Of a DNA stretch of 28,861 nt, positions 18,084-28,861 are shown in pieces (position 1 is the first letter of the stretch; each line of letters begins with the position of its first letter). The position numbers and the translations under genes are program-made. Source of the stretch: a bacterium (GTDB lineage: Bacteria > SAR324 > NAC60-12); NCBI GenBank assembly GCA_965233585.1, contig CBDDTI010000112.1, positions 1-28,861 of the forward strand, given 5' to 3'. Below the pieces are notes generated by a model. That model saw only the letters and a program-made list of their open reading frames with translations. It was not told where the DNA came from and did no database searches.

Positions 18084-18779
18084 ATGAACGGTTTTGATTT
18101 GAGGTTTAATATTCCGTCCAACATGTTGGTTGTCGGTCCAACATCAAGCGGAAAAACAACGTGGTTAAAACATTTAGTGCTTCGTCGACACGAGTATTTT
18201 GCAACTCCACCTGAAACAATGTTGTTGTTTTACAAGGAGCCGCAAAAAGCATATCAGTACATGGAAGATGACATGAACGAGGGCAAAGGTTCTGACACGC
18301 AATTTCCGTCTTTTCGTAAATTCAAAAATATTCCAAATTCAATCGAAGAGTTGAAAGATATTTTAGAATTATATCCGAGAAAAATGCCCAAATTGATTGT
18401 TTTTGACGATTATTTAGACGATGTTGGGCAAATATTAAAACATTTTTTTACGGTTTTGACTCATCATTACAATTGTTTCACCGTTTTTCTTTGTCAAAAT
18501 TTATTTGACAAAAAAGGCGATTTACGGACATTGAGCATAAATACGCAATACATGATCCTTTTTAACAATCCACGGGACAGAAGCGCCATCACACATTTGG
18601 CAAAACAAATTTTTCCCGGTCGTGTTGGAATTTTAAATAAAGCATATAGAGAAGCAGTTAACGGCCGAAGTCACGGATATCTTCTTCTAGATTTCCATCA
18701 ACAGCAAGACGATAAAGTCAGAATTCGAAGTAACATCTTTCCTTATGAAGGATTAATGAAAGCCTACGTTACTGTTTAA
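18084..18779 (+). CDS. Packaging ATPase (copy 2)
   Basis: As 31..726, with one N->D change. Confidence 0.93.
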   Translation: MNGFDLRFNIPSNMLVVGPTSSGKTTWLKHLVLRRHEYFATPPETMLLFYKEPQKAYQYMEDDMNEGKGSDTQFPSFRKFKNIPNSIEELKDILELYPRKMPKLIVFDDYLDDVGQILKHFFTVLTHHYNCFTVFLCQNLFDKKGDLRTLSINTQYMILFNNPRDRSAITHLAKQIFPGRVGILNKAYREAVNGRSHGYLLLDFHQQQDDKVRIRSNIFPYEGLMKAYVTV

Positions 18780-18825
18780 AAATTTCATATCTATTTAAGA
18801 AAAATTAAAAACAATTACTGTTAAA

Positions 18826-19200
18826 ATGTCAAAAAAATTAGAAAAAGCTAGTTCGCTTTTTAATGCAATAAAAAAATTAAAACATCAAGATTGCGCAAAT
18901 TTTTTAAATTATTTGGACGATCGCGGCGTTGAATTGCTTTGTCGTATTTTACATTACGTTTTGAACGGTGAATTGCCCTTACATGGCGAAGTGCGAACAC
19001 GACTTCAGAAAAAAATAAGAGCTCATTTAGGGGAGTTTAGACGTCTTGCCACGCCGCCTCGTCGCTCTTCCGACATTTCAAAAAAAAGAATAATACTACA
19101 AAGGGGCGGAATTTTAGGAACTTTATCAACAATTGCCAGCATTATCGTCCCTATTTTAGCTCAAATTATTGCAAAAAAGAGCTTGCAACGTCGTCGTTAA
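18826..19200 (+). CDS. Small basic QRGG protein (copy 2)
   Basis: Same protein as 773..1147. Confidence 0.65.
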   Translation: MSKKLEKASSLFNAIKKLKHQDCANFLNYLDDRGVELLCRILHYVLNGELPLHGEVRTRLQKKIRAHLGEFRRLATPPRRSSDISKKRIILQRGGILGTLSTIASIIVPILAQIIAKKSLQRRR

Positions 19201-19203
19201 AGG

Positions 19204-20049
19204 ATGAGTTCAGGCGTAAAAAGAAAAACAAATGATGAAATATACTCTATGTTTTTAGTCCCCAAAAGGCTATATCATTCTTTAATAAAAAATATAGAAG
19301 ATAATGAAACAAAAAAAGAACTTATTTCTATGAATGAAAAACCAAATACGACCAATTACATTGAAAATGCCATTAATTTTAAAAATTTACAAGACAGGCA
19401 AAAAATGAATCAAAGCGGCGATAAATTGTATCGTTTTGGTTCTGATAATATATCGAATGTTATGCCGCCAGTACAAATCGATAGCAGTGCGGGTCGCACG
19501 TACCAATCTATTTCAAGATCAACAACCGCTCAAACTCCCCAACAAAAAGAAAATACCGCTCAGTTTTCACCCACTACTCCCGTTATGGAAAGAGAACCCG
19601 ATCCAGACTTGTTTTATACTGCTTCAAAACCAAAAAGCAAGGACGATACTTTAAGTTCTGACGTGCCAGAATGGCGAAATTCGCCTATTATAAAGGCTTT
19701 GACACAAAAAAATTCAGACGGCAAAATAGTTTGTCCTTTTAGCGCATGCGGGAAGCAGTATGTTGACGATGCGCAATTCGGCAAACACCTTGTAAGAGAT
19801 CATATGAAAGAATTGTCTATATTTGACACAGAAAAAATCGGTAAAGATATAGCCTCGGTCTCTTCACAAGCATCAAAATCTCCTTCAGTTTCAATGTCAT
19901 CCCTCAAAACAGGATCAGGAGGTGCAAAAAAGAAAACTTTTACTATTTCTCCCGTACAAACTAGATCTAAATCAAAAAAACTTTCAACAACTGATGCAGA
20001 TGCTGTTAAAAAAAAATTACTTTTTCCGGGAAAATACCCGAAATTATAA
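19204..20049 (+). CDS. C2H2 zinc-finger hypothetical protein (copy 2)
   Basis: As 1151..1996, with A->V and L->P changes. Confidence 0.7.
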   Translation: MSSGVKRKTNDEIYSMFLVPKRLYHSLIKNIEDNETKKELISMNEKPNTTNYIENAINFKNLQDRQKMNQSGDKLYRFGSDNISNVMPPVQIDSSAGRTYQSISRSTTAQTPQQKENTAQFSPTTPVMEREPDPDLFYTASKPKSKDDTLSSDVPEWRNSPIIKALTQKNSDGKIVCPFSACGKQYVDDAQFGKHLVRDHMKELSIFDTEKIGKDIASVSSQASKSPSVSMSSLKTGSGGAKKKTFTISPVQTRSKSKKLSTTDADAVKKKLLFPGKYPKL

Positions 20050-20066
20050 TAAAAGTAAAATATATA

Positions 20067-20549
20067 TCATCGTTTATTTTCAAGTTTTTTTATAAAATGA
20101 GTTACAATTTCATCATTTTTTATTTTGGGTTTTTTTACAAATATTTTAACAAATTGTTGAGGAGACATTAAATTGTTGCCCACGGATAAACAAAAAGCGG
20201 TCACGTACCAGCCGCAAAACAATGAATGAAAATCCTGAATGGAGTAAGACAGAATTGTTTTGAATGAGTTTTTTTCTATCCAAGGTCGTAAGAACTTCAT
20301 CAAAGATCGATTCCATATCGGCGGTAAAAAACCAAATGAATCAAAATAATAGAGTTGATTTTTTCCGTTAATATACATCGCTATGAAATGTGATCCTTTT
20401 TGATTTTTTTTTGATAAGTTAGTGATTAAGCAACAAGGCAACTTAAGCGAATCGGACGGCAAATTATCGCTTGAAAAAACCCCGATGAAATATTTACATC
20501 TTGGTTGAATATAATTGGATAAAAAGATATTTGATAATCCGTTTTCCAT
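20067..20549 (-). CDS. Adenain-like cysteine protease (copy 2)
   Basis: Same protein as 2014..2496. Confidence 0.93.
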   Translation of the reverse strand: MENGLSNIFLSNYIQPRCKYFIGVFSSDNLPSDSLKLPCCLITNLSKKNQKGSHFIAMYINGKNQLYYFDSFGFLPPIWNRSLMKFLRPWIEKNSFKTILSYSIQDFHSLFCGWYVTAFCLSVGNNLMSPQQFVKIFVKKPKIKNDEIVTHFIKKLENKR

Positions 20550-20552
20550 GAT

Positions 20553-21896
20553 TTAATTTGTTCCTTTTATAACTTGTTGGAATTGATCTATTTTGATGCC
20601 GGAGTTGAAAACAGAAAAAGCCAGGACGTATATAGGATGAGGAGTTATTACGGAAAAAGCCAATTCTAAATCTAAATTTCCGTAATTTTCTGGATGCACG
20701 TGGAACGAATTACATTGATCCGGTGTTAAATCGGCCGCTAGAAAAAATCTTCCTTTTAAATATTGTTCATACGTTAAACCGATGGATTGATTGCCGTGCG
20801 AAATGCCAATACTGTCGTATAAATGCCGATACAAGTCAATGGCGTCCCCCTCGTTTATATTAGGTTGAAATGGTCTGGGAAATACGCATTGACCGTTCTT
20901 TTTTAAATTAAAAGTAGACAGATTAAAATGTTGAAAGTTGAAAGGGTTTTTGTCCGGGGCGTGTGACATGGCTTGATTGTGAACCATCACAAAAAACACT
21001 TGTTTCGGTAAAGTACCATTAGCGATATTGGCGATGTTGAAGGACGACACACCTTGAGGAATAACATAATGTCTTAAACGTGTGGCGCTAAAAGGTAGGT
21101 AGCACGGTTCTTTTAAAAGTTTGTTTTTAAAACTTTCTCGCAGCAATAATGTGGGCAACACTTTTCTCATATGTAGTTTAACATCTTTTAAAACAATTTT
21201 AAAAGGTTTTTCTGCCGCAGCATCTTGAAGCAAACCAAACTTTTCAGCGGATCTAACCAGCTTGATTTTGATATCCACATTTGGGGGTAAAAATCTGTCG
21301 GTGTCAAACAGATCAACGGCTAAGCGCGTATTAAAATACACTTTTTTACCATCCATAATTAACTGCTTTCTTTTATTCAAAGAAGGTGTGGCGGCTGTAA
21401 GATTTATGGTATCAACTTCGTCAGCATTTTCGGGATAATACCCTTCAGCAGCCAGATAAGTTTTTTTCACCTCTGAATTGTAACTTAGGAATGATTGTAT
21501 AAACATTCTCCAAGGATAAGTGACCGCTGAACTTAAATCAGCTACTTGGACCCCGTTTAAATATACTTCTACTTGGCTGAATAGACAAGCGGCAAAATGA
21601 TTAGCCAGTGTGACTTTAGTATCATTTTTTACTTGGCCACCATCATCATTTGTCACTACAAAATAGCCGCTAAGTCTGGTTTGATTCAGTATAAAAGAGC
21701 ATTCGTTATCGCGAGGAACAAGAAATTCGACCGGTCCGGTGTTGGTGATAGAAGCCACGCTATTGTAAATAACGTGAGCTCCATCTAATAAACCCGTTTC
21801 TACTTCTAACGGTGAGTGAAGCGCTAAACCACTTTCGGTGCCGTCGTTTTGTTCAACGGCCAATCCGGCAATTCCACTTTTTTCAGGTACGCCCAT
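20553..21896 (-). CDS. Major capsid protein (copy 2)
   Basis: Same protein as 2500..3843. Confidence 0.88.
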   Translation of the reverse strand: MGVPEKSGIAGLAVEQNDGTESGLALHSPLEVETGLLDGAHVIYNSVASITNTGPVEFLVPRDNECSFILNQTRLSGYFVVTNDDGGQVKNDTKVTLANHFAACLFSQVEVYLNGVQVADLSSAVTYPWRMFIQSFLSYNSEVKKTYLAAEGYYPENADEVDTINLTAATPSLNKRKQLIMDGKKVYFNTRLAVDLFDTDRFLPPNVDIKIKLVRSAEKFGLLQDAAAEKPFKIVLKDVKLHMRKVLPTLLLRESFKNKLLKEPCYLPFSATRLRHYVIPQGVSSFNIANIANGTLPKQVFFVMVHNQAMSHAPDKNPFNFQHFNLSTFNLKKNGQCVFPRPFQPNINEGDAIDLYRHLYDSIGISHGNQSIGLTYEQYLKGRFFLAADLTPDQCNSFHVHPENYGNLDLELAFSVITPHPIYVLAFSVFNSGIKIDQFQQVIKGTN

Positions 21897-21902
21897 AACA
21901 AG

Positions 21903-22445
21903 ATGGAAGTGTTGGTCAGCAATGTAAAAATTAGTTGTAAAGTTCATCTTATCAACAGCGACGAAATCTCTTTTAATACCGATAATACAATAAAACGTTA
22001 TAATAATTTTGTTGTAATAAGAAAAAAATATTCCTTTATTATATTTACCAAAACAAAGCAAAATCGTCATTTTCACGTAAACATTACAAAAATTCCCTCT
22101 ACAGAACACATTGCGAAAGCATTAGACGAACTAAAATTTATTATAAGTAACGAATTTGTTGTTGAAATATTTAAAGTAGAAAACATGACTTGTTTGTATC
22201 AATCAAAAGAAGAGATTAAATTATTAAAATTATACAACCATTTAAAATCGAATAAAGATTTTGAAATTATTCATAAGAGATACGATCCAGAAAAATTCCC
22301 AGGCGTATTTTTAAAAATAAAAAAATGTTCAGCTTTAATATTTTCGTCAGGAAAAATAGTTATAATTGGAGCCTCCAGCGAAGAAGATGCTAAACAAGGA
22401 ATAAAAATTATTATTAAATTATTAAAAAAATATAAAATCGAATGA
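21903..22445 (+). CDS. TBP: TBP-like protein (copy 2)
   Basis: Same protein as 3850..4392. Confidence 0.9.
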   Translation: MEVLVSNVKISCKVHLINSDEISFNTDNTIKRYNNFVVIRKKYSFIIFTKTKQNRHFHVNITKIPSTEHIAKALDELKFIISNEFVVEIFKVENMTCLYQSKEEIKLLKLYNHLKSNKDFEIIHKRYDPEKFPGVFLKIKKCSALIFSSGKIVIIGASSEEDAKQGIKIIIKLLKKYKIE

Positions 22446-22501
22446 TGTGAATAATGTTTATTTAGTCGAGTTTTGATATCTATACAATAAACATCGAAAT
22501 C

Positions 22502-23260
22502 ATGCACGAGAAAGTAGATTATACTAAAATATGCAATCATCAATATCTAATAGAAGACACTAGACAAGGAGACGTGGTGTGTACCGAGTGTGGATTAGTT
22601 ATTGATAAAATATATTGTTATAATTTAACAAAATCAAATTTGGAAACAGAATGGGACAAAATAAAAACATTTGATAAAGAAATTAAACAAAAAAACCAGC
22701 ATTTAGAGAAAGAAAAAAATATTTTAAAAATTTTATGTAATAAATTACATTTAAATAATGATGTTACAAATGTTATTTTAAATCTATGGTCAGATATAGC
22801 AGCGTGGCATTATCGAAAAGGCGGAAAAATTAAAATGGATGCTAAAGGATTGGTGGTAATGACGTTGTATCAGGGGTTAATAAAAGAAAAAATTCCCCGT
22901 CCGATAAGTCATTTGTGTCAAGAAGTCGGCATTAATCCAAAGATAGTGTGGCGTTGGATGAAATTATACAGACGGGATTTGACTGACATGAATAAATTAG
23001 ACAATTACATAAAGGCAAAAGATATGAAAGAATATTTTTTACAGCCGCTGCAGTTAAATTATCAAGAAATGACGTCCGTTGAACAAATATTAAAAAAAAA
23101 TGAAAATAGTTCTTTTGCTCCAAGAACTTTATTAGCTGCATGCGCTTATGCCTTTTTAAAAGAATCCAAATTGCGGTATTTAAGCGTCAAAAATATGGCT
23201 CACATTTTAGGCGTCAGTGTTATGTCGTTGTACAGATGTCGTAAAAGTCTAAATCAATAA
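22502..23260 (+). CDS. TFIIB-family protein (copy 2)
   Basis: Same protein as 4449..5207. Confidence 0.88.
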   Translation: MHEKVDYTKICNHQYLIEDTRQGDVVCTECGLVIDKIYCYNLTKSNLETEWDKIKTFDKEIKQKNQHLEKEKNILKILCNKLHLNNDVTNVILNLWSDIAAWHYRKGGKIKMDAKGLVVMTLYQGLIKEKIPRPISHLCQEVGINPKIVWRWMKLYRRDLTDMNKLDNYIKAKDMKEYFLQPLQLNYQEMTSVEQILKKNENSSFAPRTLLAACAYAFLKESKLRYLSVKNMAHILGVSVMSLYRCRKSLNQ

Positions 23261-23269
23261 AATACATAT

Positions 23270-23671
23270 ATGAATTACCACAGCGGTTTACATTGGCAAC
23301 GAGGTTCGGGAATTGGATCGCTTTTTTCCGGAATTTTTCGCGGATTAATGCCGGTAGCGAAATCAACGATAAAAACTATTGGACGTGTAGCTAAAAGCGC
23401 CCCGATAAAATCTGTAGGAAAAGCTTTAAAGAAAGAAGCGACAAGAGCGGCTGTAGAAACGGCAATAGAAGCTTTGGAGGGTCAACCGGTGGGCAGAAAA
23501 GCAAAACAACGTTTGAAATCCGCTACGCGAGGTATTTTGCTTAACGCTGCCCGACAAGCCGATAACAACAACGATTATCGAACTCAAAATTCGAACAGAA
23601 AAAGGAAATCCTCGTCAATCACGCAATCTAGGAAAAAAAGGCGCAAAATATCTAAAGAACCCTTGTTTTAA
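23270..23671 (+). CDS. QRGSG core/membrane-active protein (copy 2)
   Basis: Same protein as 5217..5618. Confidence 0.72.
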   Translation: MNYHSGLHWQRGSGIGSLFSGIFRGLMPVAKSTIKTIGRVAKSAPIKSVGKALKKEATRAAVETAIEALEGQPVGRKAKQRLKSATRGILLNAARQADNNNDYRTQNSNRKRKSSSITQSRKKRRKISKEPLF

Positions 23672-24760
23672 ATGTCGATAACAACGAAAGAGACTTTTTT
23701 AAAAGAATACGCGAAACCGGGTTCGCCAATAGCTTTTGCGTCTCCCGCGCTAATTTATCATTATTATGGGAAAAAAATCCCTCTGACGTTAATCGAGGAG
23801 TGGCTAAAAGGAACAGACTCTTACACATTACACAAACAGCCTAAATTTCCCAGACCGAGAAATCCAACATTTGCTTATCGGAAACGGTATCAGTTTCAAA
23901 TTGACCTTATAGATTTAGGAAATTTGGCTGAACAAAATGATTCTAATAGATACCTTTTGACAGCCATCGATATTTTTACACGATTCGCCTTTGTAGAACC
24001 ACTTAAAAATAAAACGGCAAAAACATTTATGGAAGGGTTTGAATCTATTATGAAAAGAGCAAAACAATTTCCGCGTAGAATTTTAGCCGATAAAGGAGCG
24101 GAAATTAAGAATAAATTATTTCAAGCCTACTGCAAAAACAATAACATTCTTTTGTTACACAGCAATAATTTTGTGCACGCCCCCTTTGTGGAAAGATTTA
24201 ACCGAACTTTAAAAAACCTGTTGTTCAAATACATGACTCACGAAAATACTGACAGGTACATTGACGCGTTACCATTTCTTGTCCATACCTACAACAATCG
24301 TAAACATCGCATGATTGGAATGACGCCCGCTGAAGCAGAACTCCCCGGAAAAACCTATCACATTAGAAGAAAACAAGAATTGGTTTATTCAAAGATTAAA
24401 AGAATGAAACCAAAATACAAAATCGGCCAAACCGTGCGTATTAGCATTATGAAGGGAAAATTTGACAGAGGATTTACACCGCAATTCAAAGAAGAAATTT
24501 TTAAAATAAAATCAATTTCTACACGTTTGCCAAAACCCACTTATGAGTTGGAGACTTTAGAACAGGATGAAACTTTGGAAGGAAATTTTTATGAGAGTGA
24601 ACTTACACCCGTAGATGAGCCGGAAGTATTTGCCATCGAAAAAATTCTTCGGACAAAAAAAGATAAAAAAACCGGAGAAAAAATGGCTTTAATAAAATGG
24701 AAAGGGTATAAAAACCCTAGTTGGACATACGAAAAAGACATAGTTGATATGCCACAATAA
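23672..24760 (+). CDS. RVE integrase with chromodomain (copy 2)
   Basis: Same protein as 5619..6707. Confidence 0.95.
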   Translation: MSITTKETFLKEYAKPGSPIAFASPALIYHYYGKKIPLTLIEEWLKGTDSYTLHKQPKFPRPRNPTFAYRKRYQFQIDLIDLGNLAEQNDSNRYLLTAIDIFTRFAFVEPLKNKTAKTFMEGFESIMKRAKQFPRRILADKGAEIKNKLFQAYCKNNNILLLHSNNFVHAPFVERFNRTLKNLLFKYMTHENTDRYIDALPFLVHTYNNRKHRMIGMTPAEAELPGKTYHIRRKQELVYSKIKRMKPKYKIGQTVRISIMKGKFDRGFTPQFKEEIFKIKSISTRLPKPTYELETLEQDETLEGNFYESELTPVDEPEVFAIEKILRTKKDKKTGEKMALIKWKGYKNPSWTYEKDIVDMPQ

Positions 24761-24766
24761 CGCGGA

Positions 24767-26506
24767 ATGGATTATAATATTTATTGCGTGTCAAACGCTA
24801 GTTCCGATACGGATGACAAAAATACTTTGAATTCTTTTACCAATTTATTTCCACAAAGTTTAGACTTGAAAAATAGAGAATGGGAAATTGGGGTAGTGTC
24901 TATTGGATTACATTACAATTACAACCAATTGACTTTGTCAAAAGGCCAACCTTGTTTCATCGCGCTAAAAAACGAATTAACATCTATAAATTCTTCGGAA
25001 GAAGACATAAAGTCCGAAATTTTAGACCAGACAAAATCCATTTGGGTTTTGCCTAATTTAGATGAAGATGTATTGACAGTGCATAGACTGATGCAAAACT
25101 TGATGCAATATATTTACAAGGAAGGAATGAGATTGTATCATTTTGAACCCAAATCGGGGGGTAAAGATGAAAAAGCTTACGTAATAGATGAAAACCCAAA
25201 AAAAGAAATGGAAAATGAAAATTACAATTATAATAGATATTTTTTGATACATAAACATTTAATAAAAATTTTAAATTTAAAATACTACCAAAACGGTTTT
25301 GTATCCTCCCAAGCAAAATCAATCAAGTTTTTCGACAACGAATATGTATATTTTTCTGTAAAGAAAAATTTTGCGCTTCTAACTACAGCAATTAAAGCGT
25401 ATTCAGTTTTGAAACCCGGTCTGGTTCAAATAAAATCAAATATTATTTCTGACGTTCCCAGCGGAAATAGTTATTCCACAATTATGTTTACAACGACTTT
25501 GCCAAATCAAATGGAAGGTCATTATTTTTACCATAATGTAAAAAATATCAGATATTATCAAGTGCGACAATCCAATATTGAAACGATAAACACTCAATTT
25601 ACAGATTCTTTTGGGAATCTTTTAAGTTTAAACGAAGGTCAGCCGTCTATAGTGCATTTTCATTTAAAAGAAAAAGACAAAAATATGGATTACGAATTAA
25701 CGCACGTACGAATCGATTCACAAGTAGATACCAAATTGAACTACGAAAATACAAATAGTAGTTTTTGGGCACACTTAAAACATCCGATAAGTTTAAATCA
25801 AAACGCAAAAATAGCCTTGATGGATATATCTTTTCCCAACACCATATGTAGCATTCCAAAATCAATTGGAAGGAATCCGTTTATCTTAAATGTGTTAATG
25901 ACCCAAAACGAAACAAAAAGACACGTCGTGGAAATACCAGAACTTTATTTCTGCAACTCTGATGATTTAACAACATCAATGAACCGCCTGTTATCCGAAG
26001 AACTAAAGGAAATTTTACATTTTGAGAACTTTAATGGGTTCTTTAGGATTGTGGCTAAAACAAATAAACCTTTTTCAATAGGCATTCCCAAAAACTTTTG
26101 CCCGTTTTTAGGAATGTACGATTACTCGGAGAAAGAACTTGCAAGAATTGAGGAACGAGGTGATTACGTCACGCTTGCAGTGACTAAGGAAAGATTTTTT
26201 GAAGCACCAAAACCAATGGACGTTTACAAATTATATCCCGGTGTTATGATATGTTATGCAAATTTTGTTCAACATTCCATTATTGGAGACAAATTTTACC
26301 CAATATTTAGAGTTATACCAACAATCGGTCAATCCACACAAAATGACTACTGTTCTATCCATTTCGAACATTTAGAATTCATAAGATGCAATGTTGATTA
26401 TTTAGACGACATAAAGATCGAACTCAGGAGATTAGACGGAAATTTGATTGAATTTAACGACGATCGAAGAGTAATTTTAAACATTGTAATTAAAAATCCA
26501 ATTTAA
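24767..26506 (+). CDS. Tandem-domain minor capsid protein (copy 2)
   Basis: As 6714..8453, with one V->A change. Confidence 0.8.
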   Translation: MDYNIYCVSNASSDTDDKNTLNSFTNLFPQSLDLKNREWEIGVVSIGLHYNYNQLTLSKGQPCFIALKNELTSINSSEEDIKSEILDQTKSIWVLPNLDEDVLTVHRLMQNLMQYIYKEGMRLYHFEPKSGGKDEKAYVIDENPKKEMENENYNYNRYFLIHKHLIKILNLKYYQNGFVSSQAKSIKFFDNEYVYFSVKKNFALLTTAIKAYSVLKPGLVQIKSNIISDVPSGNSYSTIMFTTTLPNQMEGHYFYHNVKNIRYYQVRQSNIETINTQFTDSFGNLLSLNEGQPSIVHFHLKEKDKNMDYELTHVRIDSQVDTKLNYENTNSSFWAHLKHPISLNQNAKIALMDISFPNTICSIPKSIGRNPFILNVLMTQNETKRHVVEIPELYFCNSDDLTTSMNRLLSEELKEILHFENFNGFFRIVAKTNKPFSIGIPKNFCPFLGMYDYSEKELARIEERGDYVTLAVTKERFFEAPKPMDVYKLYPGVMICYANFVQHSIIGDKFYPIFRVIPTIGQSTQNDYCSIHFEHLEFIRCNVDYLDDIKIELRRLDGNLIEFNDDRRVILNIVIKNPI

Positions 26507-26514
26507 ATTATATT

Positions 26515-26820
26515 TCAATAAAACAATTTATTTGAAAATAACGAATTATTGGTGAGATTTAATAAAGAAATATCTACTAAAGTTTGATTCACAAAATTAA
26601 GCGCCTTTAAACCGTTATAAGTTAGTCCGTACATTAACCAAAGAAAAACGGAAGTAATAACAAAAATTGATAAAATCATCGCGCACAGACTACAACAATC
26701 GTTTCTTGAACAAAGATCAGGAGATTGCAAATCTTGATGAAACGTATCTTGATCTACTTCTTTGAAACAAGATTTTTTATCTCGGTCAGAGCTTGTCGTT
26801 CGGCGCAAAGAGACGCTCAT
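26515..26820 (-). CDS. Small membrane protein (copy 2)
   Basis: As 8462..8767, with four amino-acid changes. Confidence 0.6.
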   Translation of the reverse strand: MSVSLRRTTSSDRDKKSCFKEVDQDTFHQDLQSPDLCSRNDCCSLCAMILSIFVITSVFLWLMYGLTYNGLKALNFVNQTLVDISLLNLTNNSLFSNKLFY

Positions 26821-27239
26821 ACTTCTACTACTTCTTCACGAATTGGATAATGTTCTAAACAGAAATCTTTACACAACAATTTCATGCAAAATGACGCATA
26901 AAAATGAAACACTTTCATTTCATTTGAAATTTCACGATGCCACCACAATTTGGTATCGGAGTCGCGTGAATTATTGAGTTTGCCAAGAAGTTTGTCTTTG
27001 ATGCAAGCCCTGTACTGCACCAATTCACTGTCCAAAGATTCCAATGCTTCGTTGATTTTACGAAGATGCGCGCACATGCGACGCAAAGAATGATGCACAA
27101 CGCGGTTCGGGTCGGAAGTATCATAAATACCGGTAACATCAGGACCGGTATATTCCTCTCCCCAGTCGGAATTGTGCGACGATGATGATTTTGACTGCTT
27201 GTTGTCTTGACCACTCATGATGCACAACTGAAACGACAT
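26817..27239 (-). CDS. Hypothetical protein (copy 2)
   Basis: Same protein as 8764..9186. Confidence 0.55.
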   Translation of the reverse strand: MSFQLCIMSGQDNKQSKSSSSHNSDWGEEYTGPDVTGIYDTSDPNRVVHHSLRRMCAHLRKINEALESLDSELVQYRACIKDKLLGKLNNSRDSDTKLWWHREISNEMKVFHFYASFCMKLLCKDFCLEHYPIREEVVEV

Positions 27240-27375
27240 ATTACACAGACATTTCTAATAAATATTAAAAGCGCGCTCGAAATTTCCGACGTGATTTGTC
27301 ACAATTTTCAAATTCTTGCACGTGGCTTGATAAATTAAAATCGAGCCGTCGTACAGGAATTTAAAAAGCATGACC

Positions 27376-28008
27376 AATGTTCTTGACAATGAAGTCTTGC
27401 GCTTGGATGTGCTTCCGACGATGTAGATTGCTTCCAATCTTAAGGCGTTTGTAGGGCTCAAATTATTTTTTAAAAATTTGAGCCGTACAATTACCAAAAG
27501 AACGAGAAGCTTATGTTCACAATTAATGATGAAAACAATCACAAACGCATTCACTAATAAAATATTATAGCACAATTTATTAATAATAAACACGTATTCG
27601 ACGTAGTATTCGAAGTAACTTCTCATGGTTTATAAACCGTAGAGTATTTGCTTAATAAAATAAAATTTAAGCAAATAATCAACGGCGAAAAAACCTGAGA
27701 GAATAATCTTCTTAATGACGATGTGGCGGATTATTTACAATCTTAAGGCGTTTGTAAAACGCAAATAATTTATGGAAAAAATTTGAGCTTCACATACTGC
27801 CAAAAGAGTGTAAAGAACGGTATTCTTGATGGATGATGAAGAAACCACTCACAAATTAAATCGACATGTCACATTTTATAAAATTTTATTCGGCGGAGTA
27901 TTTGAAGTGCCTTCTCATGATTTATCGGCCCTTGGGTAGAGCTTAATAAAATAATTTAGCAGCTACACAAAGGTCAAAAAAGCGTGAGAGAAAATGTTCT
28001 TGACAATT
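27376..28008. repeat. Degenerate duplication of about 300 bp (copy 2)
   Basis: As 9323-9955. Confidence 0.8.
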
Positions 28009-28861
28009 AGGATGAAGATATTCCGCTGTTTGTGATTTTCTGGTTTTTTGCATACAAAATAGACTGAGAAATTCCAAACTCATTCTAAAATGTACACAAG
28101 GACCAAAAAATCGTGAATAATAATCTTGGCAACAAAAAAAAAATAATTATAAATTAAAGCAAAATTGTAGATTGTTCGACGTTTTAAAGTGATTATGAAA
28201 AATCTAAATAAATTTGTTAAAAATTTAAACCCTTCATATTCACTAAAAAACATGAAACGTTGTAATTTTTCTGACTCGAGGATGTGTGTTTAGATGGGAG
28301 TTGATGATGGTTGATCATAATTTTATCGTTTGTTGGAGATCCGAATTATTTTTCCAAGAACTTTCGGACCACCCAGCCAAACAATAAAAGCATGAAACCT
28401 AACAGTTTTTTCTTTTATCACTTTTAAAATATTTGGTTGTTGCTTGCTCACAAAGATGTGGTATTCGTGAAAATCCAAAATAAATTAGAAATTTGGAGAT
28501 TCTCAGGATTGCCACGAAATTGTAAGGTAAGTGCCGAATTTCTTGATACGTGTTGAATTTTGGATTGATCGAAATTGACTGTGAAATTAGTTACATCAAT
28601 GTTGAGGAAAAGCATTTGGACACCCCTTCCCCTAACGTGATTAAAATTTGAGCCTAAATCTTTGCTTACGACACGAATTGAAATTTAAAACGCATTGGCA
28701 CGCGAGTTGATTTAATTTTAAAGACATGAAGTTTGGACATGAAAGAATATTTAAGGAACAGTCAAACCGCGCGGAAATTGACGTTTTTCGTTCTCAGAAC
28801 CTTTCTTCGCGCCCCCGAACTGATTCAAGACGTGGAAAGTGGAAAAAATTGAAGTTGCAAA

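Larger units (their letters stand above)
1..28861. mobile_element. Polinton/Maverick (adintovirus-like) element, about 1.6 head-to-tail copies of an 18,053-bp unit
   Basis: Co-located packaging ATPase, cysteine protease, MCP, minor capsid, RVE integrase and protein-primed PolB. The termini are not resolved and probably lie in the non-coding 9200-11470 region. Confidence 0.95.
18054..28861 (+). repeat. Direct repeat, copy 2 (matches 1-10808)
   Basis: Same sequence with scattered substitutions; runs to the window end. Confidence 0.99.

Overview
The whole window is a Polinton/Maverick (adintovirus-like, Preplasmiviricota) endogenous viral element from an AT-rich eukaryote. It is present as a head-to-tail direct repeat with an exact 18,053-bp period: 1-10808 recurs at 18054-28861 with a few tens of substitutions and no indel that I could see. 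One unit encodes the core set: packaging ATPase, adenain-like protease, double-jelly-roll major capsid protein, RVE integrase with chromodomain, minor capsid protein, and a protein-primed family B DNA polymerase with an EndoVII/HNH insertion. The most unusual feature is an adjacent TBP + TFIIB gene pair inside the virion gene block, with no RNA polymerase in the unit. Other oddities are: a tandemly doubled minor capsid protein; five spliceosomal introns in the polymerase; a GC-rich antisense gene nested in the last intron; a terminal-protein-like ORF cut off from the polymerase by a stop codon; a 53-bp hairpin minisatellite where termini would be expected; and no obvious terminal inverted repeats. 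All family calls come from motif recognition by eye; no database search was run.
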